This document shows positions 48,936 to 62,370 of a stretch of 64,000 nt of DNA, piece by piece. The stretch comes from Lama guanicoe (Eukaryota), in contig MU053934.1 of the NCBI GenBank assembly GCA_013239625.1, forward strand, positions 1,605,031 through 1,669,030, given 5' to 3'. The notes beneath the pieces are model-generated. The model ran no database searches. It had not been told where the DNA came from and worked only from the letters and a program-made list of their open reading frames with translations. Numbering within the stretch: the stretch's first letter is position 1; every line of letters starts with the position of its first letter. Made by a program: the position numbers and the translations under genes.

Positions 48936-51900
48936 CCAACCCACCACTGCCACCGCCTCCCGCAGGGGAAGGGGCACAGCCAAGTGCAGGTTCGGATCCT
49001 GTGCTGTCCCGCCTTTGCCCGCTTGTCCTCCCCACTCCCTCTCACTCCACAGAGACCTAAGGGAGAATTCACAGTCTCAAGTTCTGGTTCTCCACGTTTT
49101 CTTGCCTGACCTTGACCTGACCTTGGGGAAGCCATTTCACCCTCTCTGGGTTCATTTCCTCTCGCTTAAAGCCACTTACTGACTAGTAATAACTTCCCAG
49201 GTGCACAGGTCTGTGCAGTGTACACAGCCATTCTCACCTAGCCTCTCACTTTGATTCATAACCGCTTGGAGATGAATTTAGGACAGGTCTCCACATCTCC
49301 CAATGACAGAAGAACAGACTGAACCCCAAGATGAGAGATGGTTTGCTGGAGGACACGTCGCGAGGAAACAGCAGAGCCCAGACGAGGCCTCTGACTCCAG
49401 GTCAGGGACAGTGTGGGAAAGGGTGACAGCGTTTCCTGGGATGACAGCGATGACGGTGAGGGTCAGCTTTTGCCTGTGACGTGTGCCGCACTGGCCACAT
49501 TCTCCACATAGCGTGCCTGTTGTGCTGTAGAAGCTGGAAATCTCTGCAATGACATTTTTCAGGCTCTCCTGCAGGTAGCAGTCCAGCTGTAACATGAATC
49601 TTGCCATAAAGAGCACCTGCACAGACTAGAATTTGGAACTGAGTTTTGTGGGGAGAGAGACAGCACAGAGCACCCATTTTGCTGCTTGGATTGCATTAGA
49701 GCAGGCATGGTTCCAGAGCTGGCAACTGCGTGGTCACTTCCCTTTTTCACAGTTTCCTGATGGAGGCAAGAGCTGCGGCCCCCTTGGTGGCCCAGTTCTG
49801 CAGTTTTGGACAGTTGTTTTGGACCGTTGTTCCTGGATCCTCAGCCATTTCATATGCTTTTTTAAAAAAAAATCTCTTTTTGATCAGACTAGCAAGAATA
49901 GATTCTGTTGTTTATCACTGAAGACTGGCTGATAGTCACACCTTCTCCAAGGACAAGGTCACTGGAAGTCCCCACTCAGCAACCTCCACTACCTTCCAGG
50001 AAAGCAAGAGCTTCCTTCTCTTGGTATCCACATATCGGACCCAGGGCAGCTCTCTGATTGGCTCCGCTGGGCCAGTCCTTCTCTCTTGGACCAATCACAG
50101 TTGCCAGAGAGATGGGGTCAATGACTGATTGGTCAGACCTGGCTCCTTTTCTGCCACGGTGGCCTCTTCCTAGAAGAGGGGGATGAGAAAACTCAGGCAC
50201 GTATAAAGCATTAAATAATGAGTCTGTTTGACACTACCTCCCAAAAGGAAGCCCTATTAACGAATCCAGCGGAGGCCATCACTGTAAGCCCAGAGGGCAG
50301 GAGGTTATTATAGGAGCCCCAGAGCCCCTGCTCGTAGGCAGCCATGTCTGTTCCTTACCCCTACCACCCTGGAGGGATGCGGAACTACCCCCCATCTCTA
50401 CCCCTGACAAACTTTGGGTGGGGAGGGAAAACTAAGGCTCAGAAGAAATGGGGAGCCTGGGAGGCCAGGGGACAGGGAAGGAGATGGGTGTTTGGATCCA
50501 GTCCCCCCAGTTCCCATCCACTGCTGAACCTGGAACCAGACAGGCCTGGGCTGTGTGAAACTCTGGCCAGGGCCTCTGTCTCAGCCCCAGTGTTCTCATC
50601 TGCAGAGTGACGGTGACAGTGGCTTTGATGGGGCGGTGTGTGTGTGAAAGTGCCTACCCCAGGGTCTGGCCATAGCAGGCTCTTCCCTGTGACGCCAGCA
50701 GTGACAGCAGCACTCGATTCCACTTCTGCCAAACAACTTTCCCGTTGCCATGGTGACTACACTGGCGGCGAGTCGGGCTTATTTTAGAACTTGGTCCACA
50801 CGGCAGCCACTTTGTCCCCCCGCCCTCTTGCTGCGGCCTTTGTCCTGTGGGCCTGTCCCCTGACGCCTGGGCCGGGAGGGGCAGGTGGAGGGAGAGAGGA
50901 ATTCCTCCTGGGCCTCGCCTCAGGCCTCCCTGCCCCCTCCCTCCAGGCCCCAGACTTTGCCTCTCTGGCCTGGACTGGACACTGGAGCCAAGTTCTAGCC
51001 CTACTTCGGTTGTGGGCCTGATGGGCGACCTCTGGGGCCTCTGTCTCCTTGAGAGTGAAAAGAGGATGATGTTTTTGCTGGACTTCCCCAAATGGAAGGA
51101 GAATGTCTAGTGCTCTGTGATCCAGATGTCACCTGGGCCCCCTGCCCTTGCAGATCCCAAAGCAGCAACTCCCGCCTCCCCTCCCCCAGGACCCCCAGCT
51201 CTGTTTCCTCGGACGGAATCCAGCTTCTGGAGCTTCCCAGGGTGTCACTCAGCTCCCTCTGCATGACATCACTCCAGATGTGGAAGTTAGCCCCTTTCTC
51301 AGTTTCCACAAAAGCCCTCTCTCCTGTGTGAGGCAGCAGACTTCACTGCTGATGGAGGGAGGCAGCGAAGGTGGGAGGGTTTGCACTGAACCCAAACCCA
51401 CGGCTTCATGCTTTCCCTGAGAAACTTGGCGTTCTTCCTGTTTCCTTGTCATTGCCCACCCAACCAAGCCCCCCCACAGGAGGTTCTGCCCTATACCACT
51501 CCCGGGCGTGGCCCAGAGAGGGAGCAGCTTGCCCAAGGACACACGGCAAGTTAGCTGCACTTCCGCACGTGTCCTTTTCCCACTCTCCTATCTTCCTATT
51601 CACCACTTCAGGAGTGAGAGCTAGGAGGGGAAAGGTTTAAGATCCCCCAGACAGAGGGACCCTGGCATAGGCCATCATCTCCTAGGCAAAGCTGTCACTG
51701 CCTCTCAGACAGAAGCTGAGGGGGTACATGGAAATGACCGTGCTCTTAGCCTGGGGACTGCTGCTTGCCTGGTGTCCTCCATCCACCCATCTGTCATCCA
51801 TGCATCCATCCATCCATCCATCCATTCCACAAGTACTAAACATTGTGCATACTTGGGACAAACCAGTTAATGTAGCACGTTTAAGTTATTTTTGTCTTTT

Positions 51901-54269
51901 CTCTCCCCCCCTTCTTTTCCACCTTCCTTGTCTCTCCACCCCCACTCTCTCCCTTTAGGGAGAGAACACTGAACTTGGAACTGGAAGACTTTTATGTTCC
52001 AGTTCTGTCTCTACCACGTGGTAGCTACATGAGCTGGGTACTTACTTTTCCGAAACATCTGGGAACTGCATTTTCCTCATTTTGAAAGTGGTGATGTTGA
52101 ATATTACAGGATTATTGTAGTGATAAACTGAACCATGGGTACGCTTTGCTCTGTGCCCGAGCAGAGTGGACACACGGGGGTATTGATTGCACCCCTCTTC
52201 CTCATGCATTAATTTCAGAGAAACTCGGAAATGTTAATAAAGAAAGAAGAGCCCCCTAGAATCCCACTGGTTTCCTTGGTTGCCCACTGTCAAGTTCCGA
52301 CGTTTCCCTTTGGAAATTCTAATTCACATGCAGACATCACTTTCATGCAGCTGTGATCATATTGGAGATGCAGCCTGGGGTCCTGGCACTTCCCCTAATA
52401 TCATATCACAATATTTAGATGTTCAAAGAGTCTTTGACAAGGCCCTGTGATAAAGGATGTTAGTGGGGAAAAAATCATGAGAAATGGGGACATTTGGCTT
52501 GGAGACAGAGCCTGAGTGAGATATCCAGGCCCTTCTGGGGCTGGAGAAGCACGCAGGAGGCCCTTTGGGGAGTCATGATGGAAATGGCCGTGAACTGGAA
52601 TCTCACTGGATCTCAACTCCCCCGTCTGTGAAATGGGAGCATTGAACTAGCTGATCCCTGAAGCCCCTTGAGGCCCCTTGAGGTCCTTGAGGTCTGTGAC
52701 CCATGCACTGGCTGGAATATTTTTGACACCCCAGGTGCAACAGGGGATAAGACCGGGAGAGGCATGAACCCTGCCCTCAGTGACCTTCCAGCCCAGTTGG
52801 AGCCACAAAGCCAAGCCACAAAATCCAACTTAAGAATGATTATTCAAGAATTATACAGAAGAATAGAATTCCAACCACAGCAGTGCAAACAGCTATACTT
52901 TTCCCGGTGGTTGGAGCAGGACTCCGGCTTCCATAATGTCCAAGGAAGTCAAGAGCTGCTTCGGGGCAGGGATGATGCCTCCCTTGCCTCGGTGTCCCCA
53001 GCCCCAGCACCAAGCAGGAGCCTAGGGGGGCGTGTGGTGAAGGAACCCTGTGTCCAAGGGGAGCTCTGTCCAGGAGAGCGCTGGGGAGAGGAGCTTGAGT
53101 GGAAAGTCCTGGAAACTCACTGTGGGAAGCGCGAGAGAAGGGACTGGACTGCTTACCTGGAGGCAGGAAGGCTCAGGGGACATGATGCCATGTGGAAGAT
53201 GGATTAGCAGTGTGCTGGTGGCCCGGGGGCAGGGCTGGGACCAGCAGGAGGAGGAGCCTAAGGCTACACACAGCTCAAGCAGGGCGACCCCACACCCCTG
53301 AGCTCAGTTCGGGGATCATCACACCGGATACCGGCACTACTCACTGCTTGCCACGCACCCACGGGCACTGTGCCGAGCCATCTCCACGTGTTCCTGTCTG
53401 TTTAGTCCTCACAACAGCCCTACCCAGTATGTGTCCTCATTTTACAGACAAGGACATTGAGGCACAGAAAGGGTAAGTCACCTGTTCGGAAGCGGAGGGG
53501 TGGGATCTGAATCCAGGGGATGAACATCCTGACAGTGGGGCTCTGTGAGCAGAAGTGAGAGAGGATGTAAGAGAGTGGAGGAGGGGCAGGGTGAGATGGC
53601 CCCTGAGGCTCCTATGGCTTTAGAGACTCATCTGGGAGGGCTCCCTGGAAGAGGTGCCCTTAAGCTAAAACTTGAAGAGTGGGAAATCTCAATGGAGAGG
53701 AGCAGCAAGGGGGTTTGAGGCCAGGGAAGTGGTTCATACAGAGGCCTGTAGGTGAGAATGTGGTGTGGGTGTGAGGGTTGGGTGGGGACCAATGGGCCAG
53801 GGCTAGAACTGCCTAGAAGAGACACAAAGCTACAGGCAGGGTCCCTTGTTTGTGTTCAGAGGGCCCTTCCTGTTGGGCAGCAAACTTATTTCAACTTCAT
53901 CTTGACTGACATCCTCCCTCTGCCCTTCCAGCCTCCCTACTCCTGTCCAGTCTCATCAGTCTATAGAATCCAAATCTGACCGGGCTGCTCCTGCTCAGGA
54001 ACCCTCCATGGCTCCTCATTGCCCAAACATAAAGTCCAAGCTCCGCCTTTTGGTGTTGTTTCAAGGCCTTCCAGCCCCATCTGCTACCCGACACTACCCT
54101 GTGTCTTATGCTCCAGTCTCGGCGGACTGCTCACCGTCCCCTAAACACACCTCGTGTTTTGATGCCCACAGTGCCTTTGCCCTTGTGGTGGCTACTCTGT
54201 CTGCCCTCCCGGAGCTGCCCTTGCCCTGCTCTCCCTGCTCCTTGTCCTGGGAGGCTGGCCTACAGAGAC

Positions 54270-54760
54270 GGTGTTGCGCTTTTCGGTGGCTACTTTAACA
54301 AATGACTGCAAACTCAGTGGCTTAAACAACACAAATTTCTTCTGTTACAGTTCTGGAGCTCAGAAGTCCTAAATGAGTCTCACACAGCTCAAGTCAAGGC
54401 GTCAGCAGAGCGGGTTTCTTCTGGGGGCTCCAGGAGAGGACGTTTCCTTGTCTTTTCTGGCTTCCGAGGCCAACTGCACTCCTTGGCTCCTGGCCCCTCT
54501 CCATCTTCAAAGCTGGCAGTGGAGACTCTTCCAGCCTCTCTGACCTCAGGTTCCAACATCATATCTGCTTTCTCTGACTCTGATCCTCCTTCCTCCCTCT
54601 TTAAGCACCTTTGTAATTACATTGGTCTCACCTGGATCATCCGGGATACTCTCCCCATCTCAAGGTCCTTAATTTCATCTCATCTGCAAAGTCCTTCTTT
54701 CTGTGTAAGGGTCCAGGGATGCATCTGTGGACACTTGTGGGGAGCATCATTCCACCCTCT
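54270..54760 (-). mobile_element. MaLR LTR (MLT1-like)
   Basis: taacaaatgactgcaaactcagtggcttaaacaacacaaattt...acagttctggagctcagaagtcc...ctccccatctcaaggtccttaa. Confidence 0.75.
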
Positions 54761-57700
54761 TGTTTTCCTGTTGGGTTTGACCAATGTGCGTCAGGGACAC
54801 GCTGGAGGTGGACGTGGCGGGGGGTGGGGTTGGGGTGAGGGTTCTGGGCTCCCTCCCACGGGGCTGTTGTGTTGGCTGCATCTCTGCTTCTGGCCAGCTG
54901 TGGGAGTGGCTTTTGCTCTCGGGGCCCTGGCCCTCCTCGGCCTGGCTCTCATGAATCACCTTGGTTAAAGTTCCCCTGGTGGCGTGTGTGGGGCTGGCAT
55001 AGGGGAGCGGCGGGCATGGCACCTGGGGTGCAGACTTAAAGGAGTGCCCACTCTCGGGGCTGTGCCAGCACCTCGCCCTCCTCATCCCAGCCCAGCCCTG
55101 TGCTGGCGCCTCCTTTCCTGCCTGGAATTTGCTGCACCACATCTTAAAGTGGGATCAGGGATGCCTCATAGGAGGGCTTTGATGGTTAAATGAGATGGTG
55201 CTATGAAAGAATAGCCTGGTGCCTGGCAGACAGTGGAGGCTCATCCGTGTCAGCATCAGTGGTGTGGTCATTGCTAGAGACCTGGAACGGTGGCTGGATT
55301 TAATAGAACTGGGAGGCAGGAGAGAAAGATATATATATATATATAAGAGAGAGAGAGGAGGTTAAGAAGGGCTTTATGGGTGGGAGAGGAGGCGGAGAAA
55401 GGCCATGAGGCTGGGGAACGAAGGCTTCCAGGTGGTGTGATGCGAGGGGGGAGGCAGTGAGATCAGAGGGCGTCAGCCCTGGTCTGCCTGGCTCAGATGA
55501 GAAATGCTCTGTCACGAGGTGCCACCTGCCAGTCAGCTGCTCTCAAAATAGCTGTCCCTGCTGGGGCTGTGGCTGGGGGAGAGTCGGGGCTGTGGCTGGG
55601 GGAGAGTCAGGGCTGGGAACCCTGTCTGGACACATCCTGGGGCCCTGGATCCTACGGTCCTGAGTCTGGCAAGGAGCCCCTGTGACCTGGGTCTTGAGTG
55701 GCTGGGACTGGGGCTTAGGATTCCCTTCTGCAGGGTCTTTGTGTGTGTGTGTGTGGTAGGCTGGGGTCAGGGAAAGTGCTGGGACAGGCAGGGAATGGCC
55801 ATAAAAATAATAATAATCACCATAGTGATCGTCTTCATTACCATCATCAAAAATGAGGTGTACACAGCAAAGCTGCTCAGCCATGTTCATCTACCTTCCT
55901 TTTAAAGAAAGCCAGGTGTGTCTGGGGCAGCCCAGGGACCACAGCCACCTCCCAGACTCCTTTGCAGCTAGGTTGACCATGTAACCTACTTCTGGCCAAT
56001 GAGATGCAAATGGAGGTCAGCTCGGAGGGCCCTGGGAAAGCTGCTGTCTTCCTCTTGGCTCTGCGAGTCTCCGTGCCAGTCTCCTGCTTTCCTGCTACAG
56101 ATGAGCCATTTCTGACTGGCCAAGGAAGACAGGCAGGAGAGAAGACAGGTAGGAGAGAAGCCGGCTGTCTGGAAAACAGGAACTGGGCTGTCATGGAAAG
56201 AATATAGATGCCGGGCCACACTGTTCTGAGTTTGACCCACTAGCTGTGTGACCTTCACGAGCCTCCGTTGTCTCACCTGGGAAATGGGAAGAAGAGTGAG
56301 CACCGTTGAGACCTTGCTGTGTCTCGTAGTCCTAATGGGCCTTCAGGCCATGAAAGGAAAATGTAATACGGTGTTAGGTGCATTTGACTATGTTTTGGAA
56401 ATGTTTTTGGCATTTTAGCCCAATTCGGTTCAGTAGACATTCTCAGAGAAACCTGATACCCAGAAAATTGGAGCAACTGCACTGATGGGGTTTCTTGTTA
56501 CAGTGTATTGCAACGTTCTGATCTGTGCCTGTCACCAACCCCAGACCTTGTGTTCTTCAAGGCCAGTGACAGTGTGTCTGGTTTCCCTCTGTGTGTCCAT
56601 CAGCTGGCCCTGAGCCTTGCACACAGCAGGCATCACCTAGATATTGACTGAATGGACGGATTCATCTTTATCCAGACAGCAGACACCCTACAGTGTTTTT
56701 TTGTGCTGGGCCCTGAATTAGGCACTGGAACAAATGAAACCAAGAACACACAAGGGGTCACTGATGGACAAGGGCCAGGGTGTTCCTCCTGGAGGGACAG
56801 ATCTGATTTAACAGGGAGCGTTGTCTGGAGTGAGAGGAACAAAGCCTTCGCTGGGGAATGCCGGGCTGTTTTGGGGAGGAAGTGGGCCACTGTGACCAGT
56901 TCTTGGCTGGAACATGCTAGCACCTGGTGTCCTCATCAAGAAAGCAGGTGTCCAGGTGTGGGACTGAAAGAAAGCCCTCTCTCCTGACCCTTGTGCCCCT
57001 GTACACTGATACGTAAGACCTCGCCCAGCCTGCTGCCACTGCGTCCCCAGCTCCGGGATGGCCAGGCCACCTGTGAGTGAATGAACGAGTGAACAGACGA
57101 GTTGAGGGGCAGCTCAAAGCCTGCAGGCGAGGCCAACACGGAAACCACCAAGCAAAATATCACCAAGGAGTGTTGAAATGTTCGCAGAGAAACGTCGGGG
57201 CATCTCGTGCAGGGAGAGGCTGCAGGTCCCAGGGAGGAGGACGGGAGGCCCGGGTCGCCTCCCTGGACTCTGCCCACAGAATCTTCCAGACTGTCTCCTC
57301 CTCAAGTCCCAGCCTGCACAGCTCTTCTTCATAACATTCGGGTCCCTCTCGCCTCCTGCTTCCTTCTCTCGCCTCAGTTCTCTGAGCATCTCATCACCCA
57401 GGTTCTTTCTGAGAGTCTTTTCTGAATGTGAGGTTTGGTCTAAAGAGTCCACTCCCCTCCACCGACCCACCTGCTGCCCAGACGCCCTGTGTGCGCCGAG
57501 CCCTCCGGGGGCCTCAGCATCGCCCCCACCTGCACCGTGGTCTGTCCCTCCACCTCCACCTCCTGGAAACAATCTCCGCTTGGCTCAGATTGCGGAACCA
57601 GCTCAGGAGCGGCAGTTAGCCCAGGGCCCCGAGCCAGCTCCGGTCCCTCAAGATCATGTGTGCTCGGAAAAGTCAGGGGGCCTCAGTGTCCTCGTCTTCC

Positions 57701-60200
57701 GTGGGGAAAACAGAAGCTTCCTGTGAGGTTTAAACGTGGGGACGTGTAGGAAAGCGCTCTGTAAACTGCAAAGAGCAGAACAGATGGGAATGTTACTATT
57801 CACGCTTCCTCCCCGCTGGTTTGGGGGTTCCCAACCCAGATGAGATTTGGGGGGCCTGCACAAAGACCCCTTTCTCCTCCTGGGTTTGCTCCCCTCTTCT
57901 CTCACCGGTGCCTGAGATTCCATCACTAAGGGTTTTTTTCTGCTTTTCTCCAATCCTGGGAGGAAGGTGTGGGTGCTCTACGTGTGGGTCAGTAGCCTTT
58001 CTTCAGGGGTGCAGTGGCAAGGAAATGGAACTGGGAGGGAAGGGCAGCTGCGTTGTCTGTGGACCCCCCAGCCCCCCCAGGCTGACCCCAGGCGGCCTCC
58101 GGAGCCTGGCATTTGCACCCAGTAAGTGATCTAGGAGTGTGACCCAGCAGGTTGACTCAAACCACAAAAAGCCACCACACTCTCCCCAGTTTCCTTTCGG
58201 TGGTAAAGCATCCCCTCCTCCCCTGTGTGCTGGGGGTGAATTTCTCGGTCCCTCTCAATGCCATCAGTGTCTCGGGTCTGCAGATGTTTGCTCTGAACTG
58301 TGAGACTGGAGCACCAGGTGTGGTGGTGGGATTGGTGCCAGGATGCTGGGGCTGGACGGCCCTTCACTCACTGCCTGGCCCGGAAAGGTTTCTGACCCTC
58401 TCCATGCCTCAGTTTCCCCTTTTTGAAGACGGGGATTATCAAGGTACCCGCCTTGCATGGTGGTTGTGAGGAGTTAATGAAGTGAGATGTAGGGAAAGCC
58501 TGGCCTACAGGACGGGCTAAATCAGCCTTAGCTTTGTGGTTATCCTTCTTAGGTCCTTCCCGAATCCTGGTCCCTTTGTCCCCTTCTGGGCCATGGCGAG
58601 AGCTTCCTCCCCGGCCCCTCTGCAAAGTCCTCTCCCACCACATCTGTCTCCTCTTATAGCAACCAGACATCGTCCTAACCCCCATGTCTGCTCATGCCTC
58701 TCCTCTGCTCCAGACCCTTCAGGATCTCACATTCATTTATTCACTCACTCAACGCATACTTGAAGTTCTCCATCGCATCAGACCCTGTGCGAGGCATGAA
58801 GACACAGCAGTGCTCTGGTATAAGACAAGACAATGGTGACAAAACGGGTAGAATAATGAGAGAGCATGTTAAGTGCTGTATATCAGTCATTTATTGTCAC
58901 GATCATGCCACTTAACAAACAATCCCCAGAATCACTGGCTTAAAGTAACAATCACTTAATCTCACTCCCAGGTCTGTGGGTGTGCTGGGGATCAATGCAT
59001 CTCGCTGGGCTCAGGGGGTTTGGCTCCAGGGCTACTCCCCAGGTCTCTCATCCTCGGGCTGCTAGCCACACTTTTGTCCCATGGGGATGGCAGAAGGGCA
59101 AGGGGTGGAGAGAAACCTGTAATGCCTCTTAAGGCTCAGAACTGGGACACCTGCACTTGTGCCCATGTTTTATAGGCCAAAATGAGTCTCACGGTCACGT
59201 CCACCTTCGGTTGCTGGGAAAAGATCCCTTGCCTCTGGTGGGAGATCCTGCAAATCCACAAGACGCGTGGTGGGCGGGAGAATGGGGAGCAGGAGGGACT
59301 GTGTCGGGTTCTGCAGGAAGCAGGGAGGAAGCTAAGATGGGTAATCCCCCAGGTGGCTGTTTCAGGTGGCCAGTCACGGTCAGCTTCTCTGAGCCGCCCA
59401 GGCTCAGGCCTAGACCTGAAGGAGGAGCAGAGCCTGTGGGGAGACAGGGAAAAGCATTCTAGGCAGAGGAAAGAGCAAGCACTTGAAGTCTGAAGCAGGA
59501 ATGAGCAGCAGCGTCGTTGGAACCGACCAGAGGCAGAGGGGACGGGAGTGGCAGCGGCGGGCTCTCCATCGCCCTCAGCCAGGGGCCGGGCTCTGCTGCC
59601 CGCCCGCCAGGGGCCCACCCTCCGGTCCACGCTGAGCAGCCCTGCCCTGGCCCACAGGCGCCTCCCTGGTGCTCTCTGCCCCGTCCCGCTGGAGTGTGGC
59701 CGATCTCCCAGAGCCCTTCCTGCCTCCGGGCCTTTGGCTGCGCTGGTGTCTCCTGCCTGGAACACCCTTTCTCCTCCCCTGGCTAAATGCTACTCATCTA
59801 AGATTAAACTTGGAAATCATTTCCTTTAGGAAGCCCTCCCGGTGCCCGAGACTGGGCGAGGTTTCCCTTTCGAGGTTTCCCGTAGCACCGGGCCTGCCTC
59901 CAACACACTCCCTGGAGACGCGGCGCGGCGAATTTGGTGCCAGCAGAGGCCTTGCCAAGAAGAGGTGTCCTTAAACATTTGTGGAATGAGTAAATGAAAA
60001 ATAAGCCCATCCCCCTCTCAGGCCTACACCTATGATTAAGATGGGCCCAGGCTCAAAGCCCGATCCACGGTACTTCTGTGTTTTAGAACATACCTACCTC
60101 CGTTGCTGCATCTGATTCTTTCGTTGACTTAGCAGATATTTACTGAGCGCCGGCTCTGGGTCCGGCACCGAGGGAGACCCTTGGGATTCTAGTTCCTGGT

Positions 60201-60219
60201 GTCTAGCAAAGTGATTCAG

Positions 60220-60257
<38 letters not shown>

Positions 60258-60342
60258 CTTTTCATATTCATTTTCATTGTAGGTTCAAAGCTGATTGTTT
60301 GAAGCAAAGGGGTGTGAATTTCAGTCTAGCAAAGTGATTCAG

Positions 60343-60384
<42 letters not shown>

Positions 60385-60450
60385 CTTTTCATATTCATTT
60401 TCATTGTAGGTTCAAAGCTGATTGTTTGAAGCAAAGGGGTGTGAATTTCA
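60201..60450. repeat. Head-to-tail duplication (123 + 127 bp), each copy containing a (TG)n
   Basis: Copies 60201-60323 and 60324-60450 are identical except (TG)15 versus (TG)17. Confidence 0.95.
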
Positions 60451-62261
60451 GATAAGATGGCCAGGGAAGGCTCTCAGGAGAGGGGACATGCCATCAAAGT
60501 CCTGCATGGTGTGTGAGTGGCCATCTCGGGGAAGAATGTTCTGGGTGGGAAGGAGAGCAGGGGCCAAGCTCCTGGGTTGGACAAGGCCTGGTGGGTCTGA
60601 GGGTCTGCGGCCTGGGGCTGCCCCCGCCGGTGTGGGGAGAAGCAGGGAGGGGCTCAGAAACAGAAGCCGCCCCTTTGCGGCTGGAGCAGCCCTGGAGGTG
60701 ATGCACAGGCCGGGACTGAGTCTCAGATCTGCATGTCCTTGGCCACTGTGAGCCTTGGATGCATCACTTAATGTTTCTGAACCACGGTCTCCGCCTCTGG
60801 AGGGAGGGAGACACACCTCTCCATCTCCCAGGCTCACCTCCTTCCTTCCCTCCCTCCGCCCACCTCCAATCCTCACATGTCGTCGTCTGAGGGGCTTCTG
60901 GTCTGTTCTGTGCTGCCGGGAGGTCTATTATGGACAATTCCTGTGAAGGAGCAGGAAATGGGGCTGTTCCGTTCCAGCTGCCTGCCTGGCCTCCCAGCCC
61001 AGGGTCCATGCTCCACGTGGCCACAGGAGCTCAGCCAGCCCTGCCCAAGCCTCTCTCCCCGACCTCGCACCCTGACCAGAAGCCAGGCTGTTGGGAGTTG
61101 AGGGTAGAGCAGAAACAATGGATTGATGCCAGTTCCCCTCCTGTCCATCTCCCAGCGCGGACCTCTGGACAGGGAAGGGCACACTCTCGTCCCGAGGTCT
61201 GGGTGTTTGGGCTGAGCGGGCGTGGGAAGGAGCCCTGTGATCTCAGGTGAGCTGCCTTACCTTGCTTCAGATAGCTTTTCGCATCCTCAGAGTGGGGATA
61301 ATGGAATCCGCCTCCTAGGACTGTGGTAAGAATTAAATGAGGGATTTTGGAAGGAGCTCTGCCCACGGTTGAATTCCAGATTGACTTGCGTACTTCCTTG
61401 GTGACCTAATTCCACCTCTCTGAGCCTCAGTTTCCTAATCTACAAAATCAGGAAAGAAGGCTGCCCGGTGGGATCGCTGGGATAAGGCGAGGGCCAGGAG
61501 GCCCTCACACCCCTCTTTTCCCCCTGCCTCTGCCCCATCCTTCCCTCATTTCCTTCTGGAACCCACCTCAGGGGAGGAAGGAGGGCTCCTGTCTCTCTCC
61601 AAGTGGGTGAGGACCTCCCCGGCCTTGCCCTCGGACTTGACCCATCCCAGTTTCTGAACTGCTTCCCTTCAGGATCAGCCCTTCCCCCCATTGGAGAACC
61701 AGACCCAAGCCACGGTTGTGCCCACACACTCCTCAAGTGCAGAAGACCTGTCTCAATGTGCAGTTTCGGGCACACGGGTGTTTGCTGCTTCCAGCATCTT
61801 CAGAAGCAGGTCCTAGTCTTAACACGCCACTTGTTAGAGGAGAGGGTCAGAGGTCTAAATGAAAACCGGGGTCTGTCGGACTCCTAAGCCAGGCTCTTTC
61901 TGTTCCTGCTTTTCCACGGGGGCCGCATGTGTGTGTGGAGGGCTCTGACCTCTCTCCTTCCACCTAGTATGCAGGCAAAAGAGCCAGAAAGCAGAATGGA
62001 TGCTTGAGCGGAGAGTGTGCAGGTGAGTGAATGAACGAATGACTTACAAGGGTGGGAGTGAATGAATGTGTGCATTTGCAGAAGCCCACTGTCCTCTTTC
62101 CAAAACCCCTCTTCCCTCCATGTTCTACCCCAAACCTGGTCGTTTCACCCCACCATTGCCCCGGGCCCCTCCCCTGCCCACCATGCAGCCATCTTAGGTC
62201 CCCAGTAGACAGAACCCCACCTCACCTGCAGCCCACTGGCATCCTCAGGATGCGCTAGGGG

Positions 62262-62370
62262 GTTGCCTTGGCAACCATAAGTTTCCAATTGAAGCAAAAA
62301 CTTCCTACCACAGTTTGCGATGGAGAATGACAGGGGAAGAAGTGATGGTGGAGCAGGTTGCCACGGCAAC
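62262..62370. promoter_or_regulatory. Paired RFX X-box motifs (candidate enhancer)
   Basis: GTTGCCTTGGCAAC 62262-62275 and GTTGCCACGGCAAC 62357-62370. Confidence 0.6.
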
